Made by a program: the position numbers and the translations under genes
Virus record (IMG/VR): IMGVR_UViG_3300049441_000044
Span: 1-52,712 of that record
DNA: 52,712 nt
DNA from: a virus
Lineage: Duplodnaviria > Caudoviricetes
Direction: 5' to 3' (one strand)
Shown here: one piece after another, positions 26,462 through 35,309 of the stretch
Position numbering within the stretch: position 1 is the stretch's first letter
Layout: each line of letters starts with the position of its first letter
Notes under the pieces: model-generated
Told to the model about the DNA's origin: nothing
Seen by the model: the letters and a program-made list of their open reading frames with translations, nothing else
Database searches by the model: none

Positions 26462-27267
26462 GGGTCGGTCCCGTCTGGTGGTGGTGGGTCCTGCCCGAAC
26501 ACCGTCACGAGCTCGGTGTAGAGGGCGAGGCGCTGCTCGGTGACCGGGAGGCCCCGCAGCGACTTGCACGCCTGGTTCTCGACGTAGAGCAGCCCGGCGG
26601 GCTCGTCGAGGTGGATGGTCTCCCCGGCCACGGCCACGTGGGGCAGCACCCGCAGCCGACGGTAGAAACCGCCGAGGTCGGGTTCGTCGCGCAGCGGGAA
26701 GACAATGTCGTCCGGGAGGCCGAACGCCAACGTCCGGAGCATCCTGTCGACCAGCACGGCGCGCGGGTCCGCCTCGTCTGTCACACCCTCACGACCTGCG
26801 GCGATGCGCTGGCGGTACCGGTCGGAGTCGATCAGCACAAGGTCGGGGCCGCGCGGGCGGTCATCGCCCTGGTAGCGGGCCGTGCAGGCCCGGCAGAACG
26901 CCGACTGGTAGTCGCGGTCCATGACCTCGCCCTGCTGCCGGCAGTCGCCGCAGGCTGAGCACTCCGCGCACAGTGACTCCCCGAGGGTGCAGGTCTCGTC
27001 GTCGTGGAGCACCACGGCCACGGCCGGGACGTTCTGCAGGTGGTCGCGGACGCACAGCAGCGTCGGGTCGGGGTCGCCATCACGGTTCCGGGAGGTGACA
27101 TCACATTTCGGGCAGCCGAACAGCCGCCGGTCAGGTGAGAACCAGCGCTCGGGCCACCCGCAGGAGGGGCAGTCGGCGTCGATGCAGATCCGAAGCTCAC
27201 CGGCGGGCGCTGCCTCCGTGTCGACCGGCACGGTGGTCCCGGCGAGCGGTTCCGTCTCGTCTGTCAT
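26458..27267 (-). CDS. Cys-rich hypothetical protein
   Basis: Several CxxC pairs; ATG at 27267. Confidence 0.5.
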   Translation of the reverse strand: MTDETEPLAGTTVPVDTEAAPAGELRICIDADCPSCGWPERWFSPDRRLFGCPKCDVTSRNRDGDPDPTLLCVRDHLQNVPAVAVVLHDDETCTLGESLCAECSACGDCRQQGEVMDRDYQSAFCRACTARYQGDDRPRGPDLVLIDSDRYRQRIAAGREGVTDEADPRAVLVDRMLRTLAFGLPDDIVFPLRDEPDLGGFYRRLRVLPHVAVAGETIHLDEPAGLLYVENQACKSLRGLPVTEQRLALYTELVTVFGQDPPPPDGTDP

Positions 27268-27463
27268 CGCGCGGGAAGGGGTAGCGGACCGCCCTGGCGG
27301 AGCAGCACAGACTCCACGGTCCCGGGAAGCACGACGGCGCGGACCTGGTCCTCGGGGTACCCGCCGCCCTCGTCGGTGACATCGTGGTCGGCGAGGATTT
27401 CCGTGGCTGAGGCCGGGAGTCTTTATACTTACATTATATATATCGTTCCAGAGCTGCATTTCG

Positions 27464-27673
27464 TTACCCTTCATCGTCCGTTCGCAAGCCCTGAATCAAT
27501 GATTTCTCTTCATCAGTAACCACGATAGATCCGTCAATGATGCAGACAGAACCGCGAATATCCACGTACACTTCATCCTCGGTGGTCAATATGCGACGCA
27601 GAAGGCCAGCGAGGATGGCCTCCTCGCCGGAGGCGGCTTCGGCCGCCGATGTCTCTCTTGATGTGGTCGTCAT
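27464..27673 (-). CDS. small hypothetical protein
   Basis: AAGGAG RBS; lower-GC codons. Confidence 0.5.
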   Translation of the reverse strand: MTTTSRETSAAEAASGEEAILAGLLRRILTTEDEVYVDIRGSVCIIDGSIVVTDEEKSLIQGLRTDDEG

Positions 27674-27696
27674 CGTTCTCCTTCGTGTGACGGCGT

Positions 27697-28230
27697 TCAG
27701 AGCTCGGGTGGCGTGTCTTCGGGGCCGGCCATCCCGATCACCAGGTCACCCTCATGCCCGTCGGTGAGCACTCCCAGCCACCGCCCCGACGTGCTCAGGG
27801 CGTCCTCCAGGTCCTCCACCTGCCGGTAGAAGTCCTCACGCCCACTGGGATCCCGGGGGTCGGGTAGAACCCAGCGCCGGCCCCCGAATCGGATCGCCCG
27901 GCCCTGCACCGCGGCCAGGAATATCCGGCCGATCAGGTCGGCCCTCACCCACTGGGCTATCTCCTCCGCGGGTGGGGATTGCGCGGTGACCGAGACCCGG
28001 CCGGTGATGTCCAGGCCGTATGCCAGGCGCAGCTCGGCCAGCACCACCGTCAGCCAGTCCTGCGCCCAAGCCTGGGCCGCCAGCGGCTGGGGCGGCCACA
28101 CGATCCGCCAGGCCCAGCCCATCAGGGCGCAGTCACACAGCAGCTGCACTGGGGTCATGCCCGGGAGCAGGTCCCGGGGGGTGCGGACCTGCCCGGCATA
28201 GGGGCCGCCCACCATGGCGATCTGAATCAC
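27697..28230 (-). CDS. hypothetical protein
   Basis: AAGGAG RBS; N-terminal VGGPYAG. Confidence 0.55.
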   Translation of the reverse strand: MIQIAMVGGPYAGQVRTPRDLLPGMTPVQLLCDCALMGWAWRIVWPPQPLAAQAWAQDWLTVVLAELRLAYGLDITGRVSVTAQSPPAEEIAQWVRADLIGRIFLAAVQGRAIRFGGRRWVLPDPRDPSGREDFYRQVEDLEDALSTSGRWLGVLTDGHEGDLVIGMAGPEDTPPEL

Positions 28231-28305
28231 CTGCGTCTCCTTCCCTCAGTTACCCAGCGGCGAGGGGGCGCGTCGCACCTCCGTTGGCCGGTTTCGGTCA
28301 TCAAC

Positions 28306-28830
28306 TCACCCCTTCTTGGTCAACCGGGTGGGCGCAGGTCGGTACTGGTAGCGCTCGGCGGCCAAGCCGTAGCCGGTGGAGCCGACCGGCGCCCACGAGT
28401 CCTCTCCCGGCGGGTCGACCCGTGGCGCCTGGTCCGGCGGCATTAGGTGCCGGGCCAGGCGGACACCTGGCAGGTCGGTGTGGTACCGCACCGGCTCAGG
28501 CTGCGGCTCAGGTTCCCTGGCCACCCGGTACTCGACGGTGAGGCCGGATTCTGTGGCCACCTCCTCGACCAGGGCCGCGACGGCCGCCGCGACACAGGTC
28601 AACTCCTCGCTTCCGCGGGGCATGGCCCAGGCCAGTCGGGAACCGGAGGCCGGGACGTGCGCGGCGTCGGTGAAGGCGGCCAGCGCGTGCCAGCCGATCT
28701 CACCTGAAGAAGCGAGCAGCGCTCGGCGGAGCGCCTCTTTCTCGCCTACCTCAACGTCATCGGGAAACAGCGCCGCCAGGGTGACGTTGCGAGGCCGTGT
28801 CGGCTGATCGGTCATGTCAGTTTTCATCAT
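28306..28830 (-). CDS. hypothetical protein
   Basis: AAAGGAG RBS before ATG. Confidence 0.5.
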   Translation of the reverse strand: MMKTDMTDQPTRPRNVTLAALFPDDVEVGEKEALRRALLASSGEIGWHALAAFTDAAHVPASGSRLAWAMPRGSEELTCVAAAVAALVEEVATESGLTVEYRVAREPEPQPEPVRYHTDLPGVRLARHLMPPDQAPRVDPPGEDSWAPVGSTGYGLAAERYQYRPAPTRLTKKG

Positions 28831-29005
28831 TCTCCTTTCGGTGCCCCGGGTCGGGGGCTGGCTGGTTACAGGCCACCCGGACGGGACGGCCGATGGCCAG
28901 CGGGACGACAACGTGTCTCGCGTCAGAGCTCATGGCGTGTCCCGGGTTGGTGTGGCGGACATGGAGGGACGGCACGATCGCCCCGGCGGCGGCCTCGGTG
29001 ATTCC

Positions 29006-29398
29006 TCACGGACTCTCTTCCATCCATGTTGTTCCTATCGGATCGAAAAAGATCTTCCGCACTCGACGATTGTTACGCTCTTTTTCCAGCTCGGGCAGCC
29101 CTGCCAGGAGCTCGCGTGCGTAAATGTCGTCCGGCATGTCGCCGTCCGGATCATCGGCGTGAGTGAGCCCGCATTCGCGGATGATGTGCCGGTAGGCACT
29201 GAGCTGGCCGCACTCCTCATGCCACTGCGGGCTGAGAGACTCCGCATCGTGGTAACGGAGGAAGTGATGCACAAATCCCTTGGCGGCAATGACGCCGATG
29301 CGACGGCGCTCAGCCTCGGCTGCATCGATCACACCGCTGGGTACCAGCGGTGAGCGGGTAGAATCTGTGCCGCTCTTTGGTCGGTTCGGCATCGCCAC
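29006..29398 (-). CDS. hypothetical protein
   Basis: 130-aa ORF in a tight minus-strand array. Confidence 0.5.
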   Translation of the reverse strand: MAMPNRPKSGTDSTRSPLVPSGVIDAAEAERRRIGVIAAKGFVHHFLRYHDAESLSPQWHEECGQLSAYRHIIRECGLTHADDPDGDMPDDIYARELLAGLPELEKERNNRRVRKIFFDPIGTTWMEESP

Positions 29399-29400
29399 TT

Positions 29401-29967
29401 TTACCCCTCGGCTCTCTGTGTTTCCAGGTCAACCAGGCCCCGAGCTGCCGCACGCGGGGTGTGGCCCCACCCGTTGGTCGGGGCGGTGTACACATCGTGG
29501 GCTGCGTGTTGTGGCGAGATCGCCCACCAGGCACCCCCGGGGGTGCCGCGATTCACCACCGTTCCCAGGTGGCTGCCGTCCGGGCGGCTTACCCATTGCA
29601 GGCCGGGTGCGACCACCTCGAACGTCAGATGAGCGGTGACCGCGTCCACTTGCTTGATGCGCGCTGCTTCCGCCGAGGCAGCCTGCTGGGCCAGTTGCCA
29701 TTGCTCCACGGGCGCCATGGCGTGATCCACGATCGCCTGGTGTACGGCCTGCCAGGCAATCGACACTGCCTGCTCGGTGGCCCATGCCTCAAAGCGGCCC
29801 TGGTCGAGTAAGCCGAACGTCGCGGCACCCGGCGCCCCAGGCTCGGCGTAGACCCACGCGTTGCCTTGCTGGGCGATTCCGATCGCCGAGTCCGCCGGAA
29901 TGGGCGACACTCCGTGCTCGGAATTAGTGTCCGGCGCAAAGACCATCTCAGTCATGGTCACCCTCAT
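29401..29967 (-). CDS. hypothetical protein
   Basis: 188-aa ORF with protein-like composition. Confidence 0.5.
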   Translation of the reverse strand: MRVTMTEMVFAPDTNSEHGVSPIPADSAIGIAQQGNAWVYAEPGAPGAATFGLLDQGRFEAWATEQAVSIAWQAVHQAIVDHAMAPVEQWQLAQQAASAEAARIKQVDAVTAHLTFEVVAPGLQWVSRPDGSHLGTVVNRGTPGGAWWAISPQHAAHDVYTAPTNGWGHTPRAAARGLVDLETQRAEG

Positions 29968-30215
29968 GGGGCGGCAGTTTCGACGGGATAGGCCATGCTG
30001 TGCGCATTGTCTGCTGTGGCGGACGGGTCGGCTGATGAGGCCAGAGCGGCGGCGCGATGTACACCTATGCCCGGTCCGGCCAGTGTGTCAGGTGTGGCGT
30101 TCATAGTGTGATCTTACCACATAAGCAGGATTATGCTGGCTTAGGTAGGTCCGGCAGATCGGCCGCCACACCGACCGTATCCACCTGTCTGGGCGGCTGT
30201 CTGTACACTAGCGTC

Positions 30216-30833
30216 ATGACAGACGCCTCTTCACCGCGCCCGACCACTCGCCGCACAGCGCTAATGCTCACCACCACGGAGTTCAGGTCGTCGATGATGG
30301 ACACTTTCGACGACGCGCGCGCGGGTCACACCACCACGATCATGCGCAACGGTCGGGCGGTCGCGGCGGTCGTGCCGGTCGAGGTGGCGGCGGCGTACGC
30401 GGCCGACGGCTTCCAGCGCCAGGTGCTGGCCCGCAGCATCGGCCGGACCGTCGCCGGGGCCACCGAGCAGATCGCCGCCATCATGGACGCGCTCCGGCTG
30501 GCGGCGTTGCGGGTGTTCGTGCCGGCCGGGGAGGACTTCGGGGAGGCGTTGCGCGATCCGGGCCTGGAAGCGGTGGTCAAACTCGTCGAGGGCGAGACTC
30601 TGACTCCCGAGGAGCTGACCGCCGCGGCCAGGGTGCTGGAGCAGTACCGGGGGCTGCCGGTGGGCGCCCTGAATCCCGACGACGTGGCCCGGCTGGGCCT
30701 CTCGTCGGCCGGGGTGGGTGGGCACCGGGTGGAGGCGATGTCACGGTTGGACGCTCTCAGCGCGATCGCTGCCACCGAGGGCGACGGCGCGGTGCTCACC
30801 GGCCGGCTCGGAGGCCAGCATGACCAGTCCTGA
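30216..30833 (+). CDS. Phd/YefM-like DNA-binding domain with extended C-terminus
   Basis: LTTTEFRSSMMDTFDDARAG.TT.IMRNGRAVAAVVPVE fits the Phd/YefM pattern. TACACT lies 6 nt before the ATG. Confidence 0.7.
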   Translation: MTDASSPRPTTRRTALMLTTTEFRSSMMDTFDDARAGHTTTIMRNGRAVAAVVPVEVAAAYAADGFQRQVLARSIGRTVAGATEQIAAIMDALRLAALRVFVPAGEDFGEALRDPGLEAVVKLVEGETLTPEELTAAARVLEQYRGLPVGALNPDDVARLGLSSAGVGGHRVEAMSRLDALSAIAATEGDGAVLTGRLGGQHDQS

Positions 30834-31465
30834 CCATGCCCATGCCGGTTTCGAGCACGGCCCGGACCGCTACGGCCGGCCGGTGGACGGCGAGCTGCTC
30901 GGGCAGTTCACCGGCGCCGCGTTCGACGGCTGCACGACCTGCCAGGATGCGCTGCTCACCCGCATCGTCGACGACCCGCCCACCTGCGCCCGGCTGGTCG
31001 AGCTGGCGTGTGTGGCCACCCACGGCGCGTTCGGTGGTCTGCCGGCGAGCATGACCGACGAAACCAGCACCGACGGGGTGACCAGTCCCGAGTTCCGCCG
31101 GCTGGCCCACGCCGGCCTGGACGGCGCCAACGACGCCGTCTTCGCGCTGTGCGCACAGATGACCGTGGCCGAGCGGCGTGCTGCCGCGAACACAGCGGCG
31201 GACCTGCTCGTCGGTCACCTGCACCTACGCGGCCTACCGGGCGGGGGAGGTCGTCGAGGTCGACGGGGTCGCGCGGACCGTCGCCGGGGATGCGGTGGTG
31301 TCCGAGGACGGGCGGCTGCTGGTCGAGTTCGTGCCGGAGTGGGTCTGTTCCCCGGTCCGTCAGGGTGACGTGATCCAATTCGACGAGTCGGTGGGAGGGC
31401 GCAACCAGTTCTCGGCGCTGTTCTCCGAGCTCACGGGCGAGGGCCGGGCCGACGACGCCCGATAG
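30820..31465 (+). pseudogene. hypothetical gene with apparent frame break near 31215-31230
   Basis: Protein-like sequence runs in one frame to LLVGH, then continues protein-like (YRAGEVVEVDG...DDAR*) in another frame with no obvious start. Confidence 0.35.
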
Positions 31466-31501
31466 TGTCGGAGCGGCACGGCGGAGAGGTGGATCCCGAA
31501 A

Positions 31502-32461
31502 ATGAGCACCGACACCGACCAGGTGGGGGAGTACCTGCGCGAGCACCCGGGCGCGGCGGCCGCCGCGCTCCACGATCCGCTCGCTGCGGCGCGGCTGCAC
31601 TGGCTACGCGCGACGATCACGGCCACCGACAAGGCCCTCACCGAGGTCGGTGCGCACACCGACCTGCGGGACCGGGTGATCGAGTCGGTACTCGCGGCAA
31701 CGGTCGGGGACCTGCAGGCGCGCTGCGGTGCCGCGTGCGCGGTCCGGCGCGGCCTGGACACCCGGCGGGCCGTGGTGCTGATCAGCGACGTGCCACGGGA
31801 GGCGTTCCAGGTGCTGCGCGGGCAGCGACCCGCGACCCCGGGGCTGGCGGAGCAGGCCCGGCACGCCCTGGAGGTCAAGGACCGTCCGGGCGGGTTCGGT
31901 GACCCCGAGGTGCTGGCGGGCCTGACCAGGATGGGCGCCGAACTGGTCCTGGAGTGCCGGAGCCGCGCACCGGTCGGTCCGGGGCTGCCGGCCTCCGGTG
32001 CCTGGCTGTCGCGGGAGGACGGTGAGCGGCTCGCCTGGGCGCTGCTCACCGCCGGGATGTCCTACGAGGTCACCGCGGACGGGGGCGGGTACCGGGTGGA
32101 GTGGGACGAGGCTGACGGGGTGGTGCCCGGCGGGCCACGGCGGCGCCTGACGCTGTTCAACCGCGACGAGATGATCGAGTGGTGTGGTGGTCGGGCGCCC
32201 GAGGACCGGGGCAGCGACGTGATGCTGGTCGGCCCGCCGGGGGAGCAGCCCGGGGTGGTCATCCTGGGTGACCTGGTGGAGCATACCGCGCCGCGCCGGT
32301 TCCGGGCGTTCACCGTCGTGTGGCGCCTCGGGCCGGTCGAGCTGGGCCTGGTGCGCGCCGAGTGGACGGTAGAGCCCTCCTGCTCGGGCGGGACGGTCAC
32401 CGGGACGGTCTGCCTGAACGTGAACCCCGCCGGTACGGCGCCGGAGTGGGGCGGTCCGTGA
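31502..32461 (+). CDS. hypothetical protein
   Basis: 319 aa; GGAGAGG upstream. Confidence 0.55.
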   Translation: MSTDTDQVGEYLREHPGAAAAALHDPLAAARLHWLRATITATDKALTEVGAHTDLRDRVIESVLAATVGDLQARCGAACAVRRGLDTRRAVVLISDVPREAFQVLRGQRPATPGLAEQARHALEVKDRPGGFGDPEVLAGLTRMGAELVLECRSRAPVGPGLPASGAWLSREDGERLAWALLTAGMSYEVTADGGGYRVEWDEADGVVPGGPRRRLTLFNRDEMIEWCGGRAPEDRGSDVMLVGPPGEQPGVVILGDLVEHTAPRRFRAFTVVWRLGPVELGLVRAEWTVEPSCSGGTVTGTVCLNVNPAGTAPEWGGP

Positions 32462-32937
32462 TGCCCGGCGAGCTGGTGCCCGGCGGGGGCACCCGGCACC
32501 TCGTGATCCGCGGGTGCCCCGGGGTGCGGCTGCCTCGGCACCTGAACGGGCTGGTGATGCAGGTGCCCGTCCTGCTGTCGGGGGTGCCGGTGACCACGAT
32601 CCTGCTTCCCGGCGGCGGGCAGCCCGGGGTGCCGTGGGAGCTGGACGCGGTGATCGCCCGACGCACCAGCGGGTGCGAGCGCGTCGAGGGGCTGGTGTTC
32701 GAGGTGTGGGTGGTGTGCGCCCCGGTACCGCCGCTGCGGGCCCGGGCGCTGGCCGTGTGTGTGGTGACCGGCGCCGGGGTGTGCTGGGGGACCACTGTCG
32801 TCGCGCAGGCCCTGGCCGGCCCGGTCGTCGCCGGGCTGATCGGGTTGGTCTGCGGTCTGGTGTGGATGGTGGTCCTGGCCCACCGGTACGACCGGCGCCG
32901 CGCGACCGCGCGGCGGGACAGGGGGGTGGCCGGATGA
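32461..32937 (+). CDS. hypothetical protein with two C-terminal TM segments
   Basis: TGATG coupling; hydrophobic C-terminus. Confidence 0.45.
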   Translation: MPGELVPGGGTRHLVIRGCPGVRLPRHLNGLVMQVPVLLSGVPVTTILLPGGGQPGVPWELDAVIARRTSGCERVEGLVFEVWVVCAPVPPLRARALAVCVVTGAGVCWGTTVVAQALAGPVVAGLIGLVCGLVWMVVLAHRYDRRRATARRDRGVAG

Positions 32938-33197
32938 CCCGGTCGGGGTGGTGGCGGGCGGAGCTGGTCGCGGAGCTGACCGGGCCGAGGGACCCGGCGC
33001 GGGTCGAGGCGTTGGTCAGCGCGTACCTGGCGGCGAGCGAGTGGGAATCGCGGCCGTTCGAGCAGCGCCACCCTCGGGTGGACCGGGCGCTGGTGGTGAT
33101 GAGCTGGCCGAACCGGATCCTCACGGAGTACCTCACGCTGGTCGCGCGGCGGGTCGGTGACCTGGTCGGGTGCCGCTGGCTGGGCAGGTCGGGGTGA
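32934..33197 (+). CDS. hypothetical protein
   Basis: ATGA coupling. Confidence 0.45.
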   Translation: MTRSGWWRAELVAELTGPRDPARVEALVSAYLAASEWESRPFEQRHPRVDRALVVMSWPNRILTEYLTLVARRVGDLVGCRWLGRSG

Positions 33198-33676
33198 GCG
33201 GCCGGCCGGGGCCGGACGGGCGGTCCAGCGCGCAGGTCGCCCTGGACGGCTACCGGGCGTCGGTGATGGGCGCGTTCGACCGGGGAGAGCAGACCCTGCC
33301 GCCGGCGCGGCGGGATCGCCGGATCGTCGGGGTGTACCGGCGGCGGCGGGGTCGGCCGTTCGTCGAGGAGGCGCGGGGGGCGCGGGCGGTGGCGTCGTGC
33401 CCCGGGTGCGGCGCCCCGAACAACCACCACGACCCGTTCGACGGGAGCGAGCGAGTGCCCGAATCGGGTGACGCGTCGGTGTGCGAGCACTGCGGGACCA
33501 TCTCGGTGTTCCACACCGGCCCGTTCGGGGTGTTGTTCCTGCGGGCACCGGACCCCGCCGAGGCCGCCCGGTTCGCCAAGAGCCCCGCGATTCAGTGGGC
33601 GTCGGCGGACGTCCGCAGCGGCAAGCGACGCCGAAGGAGGACCACGCCCACCACGAGCGCAACCAGCAGGACGTAA
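33194..33676 (+). CDS. hypothetical zinc-ribbon protein
   Basis: CPGCG ... P..GD.SVC..CG...F. Confidence 0.5.
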   Translation: MSGRPGPDGRSSAQVALDGYRASVMGAFDRGEQTLPPARRDRRIVGVYRRRRGRPFVEEARGARAVASCPGCGAPNNHHDPFDGSERVPESGDASVCEHCGTISVFHTGPFGVLFLRAPDPAEAARFAKSPAIQWASADVRSGKRRRRRTTPTTSATSRT

Positions 33677-33734
33677 CGCAACCGGGGCGCGAAGATCAGG
33701 GCGGCGAACCCGAGGTCGTAGCCCCGGAGGCGGG

Positions 33735-34025
33735 TCACCGGCCGGTCTGGCGGTGGCCGTTGGTCCGGGCGGTGGCCGGGTTGGTGGACCGGCGGCGGTG
33801 AGCGCCACCGCGGGGCCGCACGGTGACGGTGGGCTCATCGGCCAGGACCCGCTGCACGAAGCCGTAGGAGCGTCCGGTGGCCTCGGCCAGCGCCCGGATG
33901 CTTTGCGGGTTGGGGCCGGTGTAGCCCCGGACGAGCTGGGCGATGAGCTGGGTACGGGCTGGGCCGGTGATCCGGGCGCCCTTCTTCACGGGTACCAAAA
34001 CAGTGGGTCCTTTCTGCGGCGTCAC
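33735..34025 (-). CDS. actinobacterial small HTH regulator (HTH_58-like)
   Basis: KKGARITG..R..L...Y....SIRALAE.TGRSYGFV.R.L....RPRGG. Confidence 0.8.
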   Translation of the reverse strand: MTPQKGPTVLVPVKKGARITGPARTQLIAQLVRGYTGPNPQSIRALAEATGRSYGFVQRVLADEPTVTVRPRGGAHRRRSTNPATARTNGHRQTGR

Positions 34026-34140
34026 CCGGGGAGCACTGTAGCCGCGTGGCCGGGTCCGGCGGGGCAGAATAGGCGATCTTCGGAAGTGGCGCCCGCCCTA
34101 CAACGTCTGACGGCGGTGCGGTAGAGCTCGTACGACTATC

Positions 34141-34320
34141 CGCGTGGGCGTTCAGGTGGGGGGAGTACCGGTCGGATGATGTGCGGCAGCGAGGTCGCGG
34201 GCCGTGCGTCGTGACGCGCAGAGGGACCCCAGACTGACACCGCCCGCTGCGTGTCCCTTGGGATCTTGTGTGTACCCGGGCTCCCGCGCTCAGCCCGCGA
34301 CCTCGCTCTGAACCCGAGCG
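34141..34320. ncRNA. candidate structured RNA or ssDNA element
   Basis: Nested stems at 34150-34155/34308-34313, 34188-34202/34293-34307 (perfect 15 bp) and 34213-34221/34247-34255. Confidence 0.35.
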
Positions 34321-34529
34321 GCGCCAGGGCGCTGACCTGCGGTAGGCAGGCCAGCGCGCCCCTGTGCGGGCCTGCCGCCGATCGGGCGTTTCCGTGGCTC
34401 TATAGTCACCGCGTCCTGTCACGCTCGGTGGGACCAGACGACGGTGTCCCCGCGCAGAGCCCGGTGAGGAGATCCCGCCATGAGGCGATCACCCGCGGAG
34501 CCGTACGGCAGGCCGGGGATGGGCCGGGG

Positions 34530-35309
34530 GTGAGGTCGCCGCTGCGGACCGCCCGCGCCGCGCTGATCATGCTGGTCGTGCTTGGGACGGCCCTGACCGT
34601 GATGCTGGTCGGGCTGCTGGCGGTCGCGTTGGTCGGCGGGCTGCTGGTCGAGTCGGTGGCCCGGTGGGTCACGTGGCCCTGGGGTTCAGCGACCGTCGGA
34701 GCGCTGATCACACTGCTGGGGCTGATCGGGTTCTGGTGGGCGCTGCGGGCCTGGCACGACTCCCGGACCTTCACCCGGCTCCGGACCTGGTCGTGGCGCC
34801 ACCTCGACGAACCCTTCCACGACCGGCGCCGCCCGGCCGGGCTGGAGTGGGTGTTCGCCCCGCACGACGCGCTGCCGTCCTTCTTCCCCACCGAGGACGA
34901 CGCCCGCCGCTGCGCCACCGCCTGGGTTCAGGCCCGGGGAGGCCCGCTACCGGAGGCGGGCGCGCACGGCCGCAGGGAAGGCCAGGTGCCGGTGTACTTC
35001 GACCAGGCCCGGCCGGCTGGGCATCAGTGGGTGTGCGCCGCGCCCGGCGCGCCACCGTTGGCGTTCGTCACCGAAGCGGCCGCGCGCCAGTGCGCGGCGG
35101 ACTGGCTCAGGGCGCGGGCGTTCGAGCGGGAGCAGCAGGAACGGGTGCTGTGGTGGCGCCGGGTGCTGGGCGTGTTGCGGTGGTGGCCGCCGACGCGGCG
35201 CAGCTCACGCGGCGGTGAGCCGCTCCCGGAGCTCGACGACGTCGGACCGGTCACCGAGCGGGTCGAGTATGGCGTTCAGGACCTGCAGTCGGGTGCCGAG
35301 GCGCCGTGA
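34530..35309 (+). CDS. membrane protein with duplicated F.TE..AR.CA..W motif
   Basis: Two N-terminal TM segments; FPTEDDARRCATAW and FVTEAAARQCAADW. Start uncertain. Confidence 0.5.
   Translation: MRSPLRTARAALIMLVVLGTALTVMLVGLLAVALVGGLLVESVARWVTWPWGSATVGALITLLGLIGFWWALRAWHDSRTFTRLRTWSWRHLDEPFHDRRRPAGLEWVFAPHDALPSFFPTEDDARRCATAWVQARGGPLPEAGAHGRREGQVPVYFDQARPAGHQWVCAAPGAPPLAFVTEAAARQCAADWLRARAFEREQQERVLWWRRVLGVLRWWPPTRRSSRGGEPLPELDDVGPVTERVEYGVQDLQSGAEAP

Noticed and set aside
31604-33838. 744-aa minus-strand ORF
   Set aside because: Pro/Arg low-complexity shadow of four coupled + strand genes.
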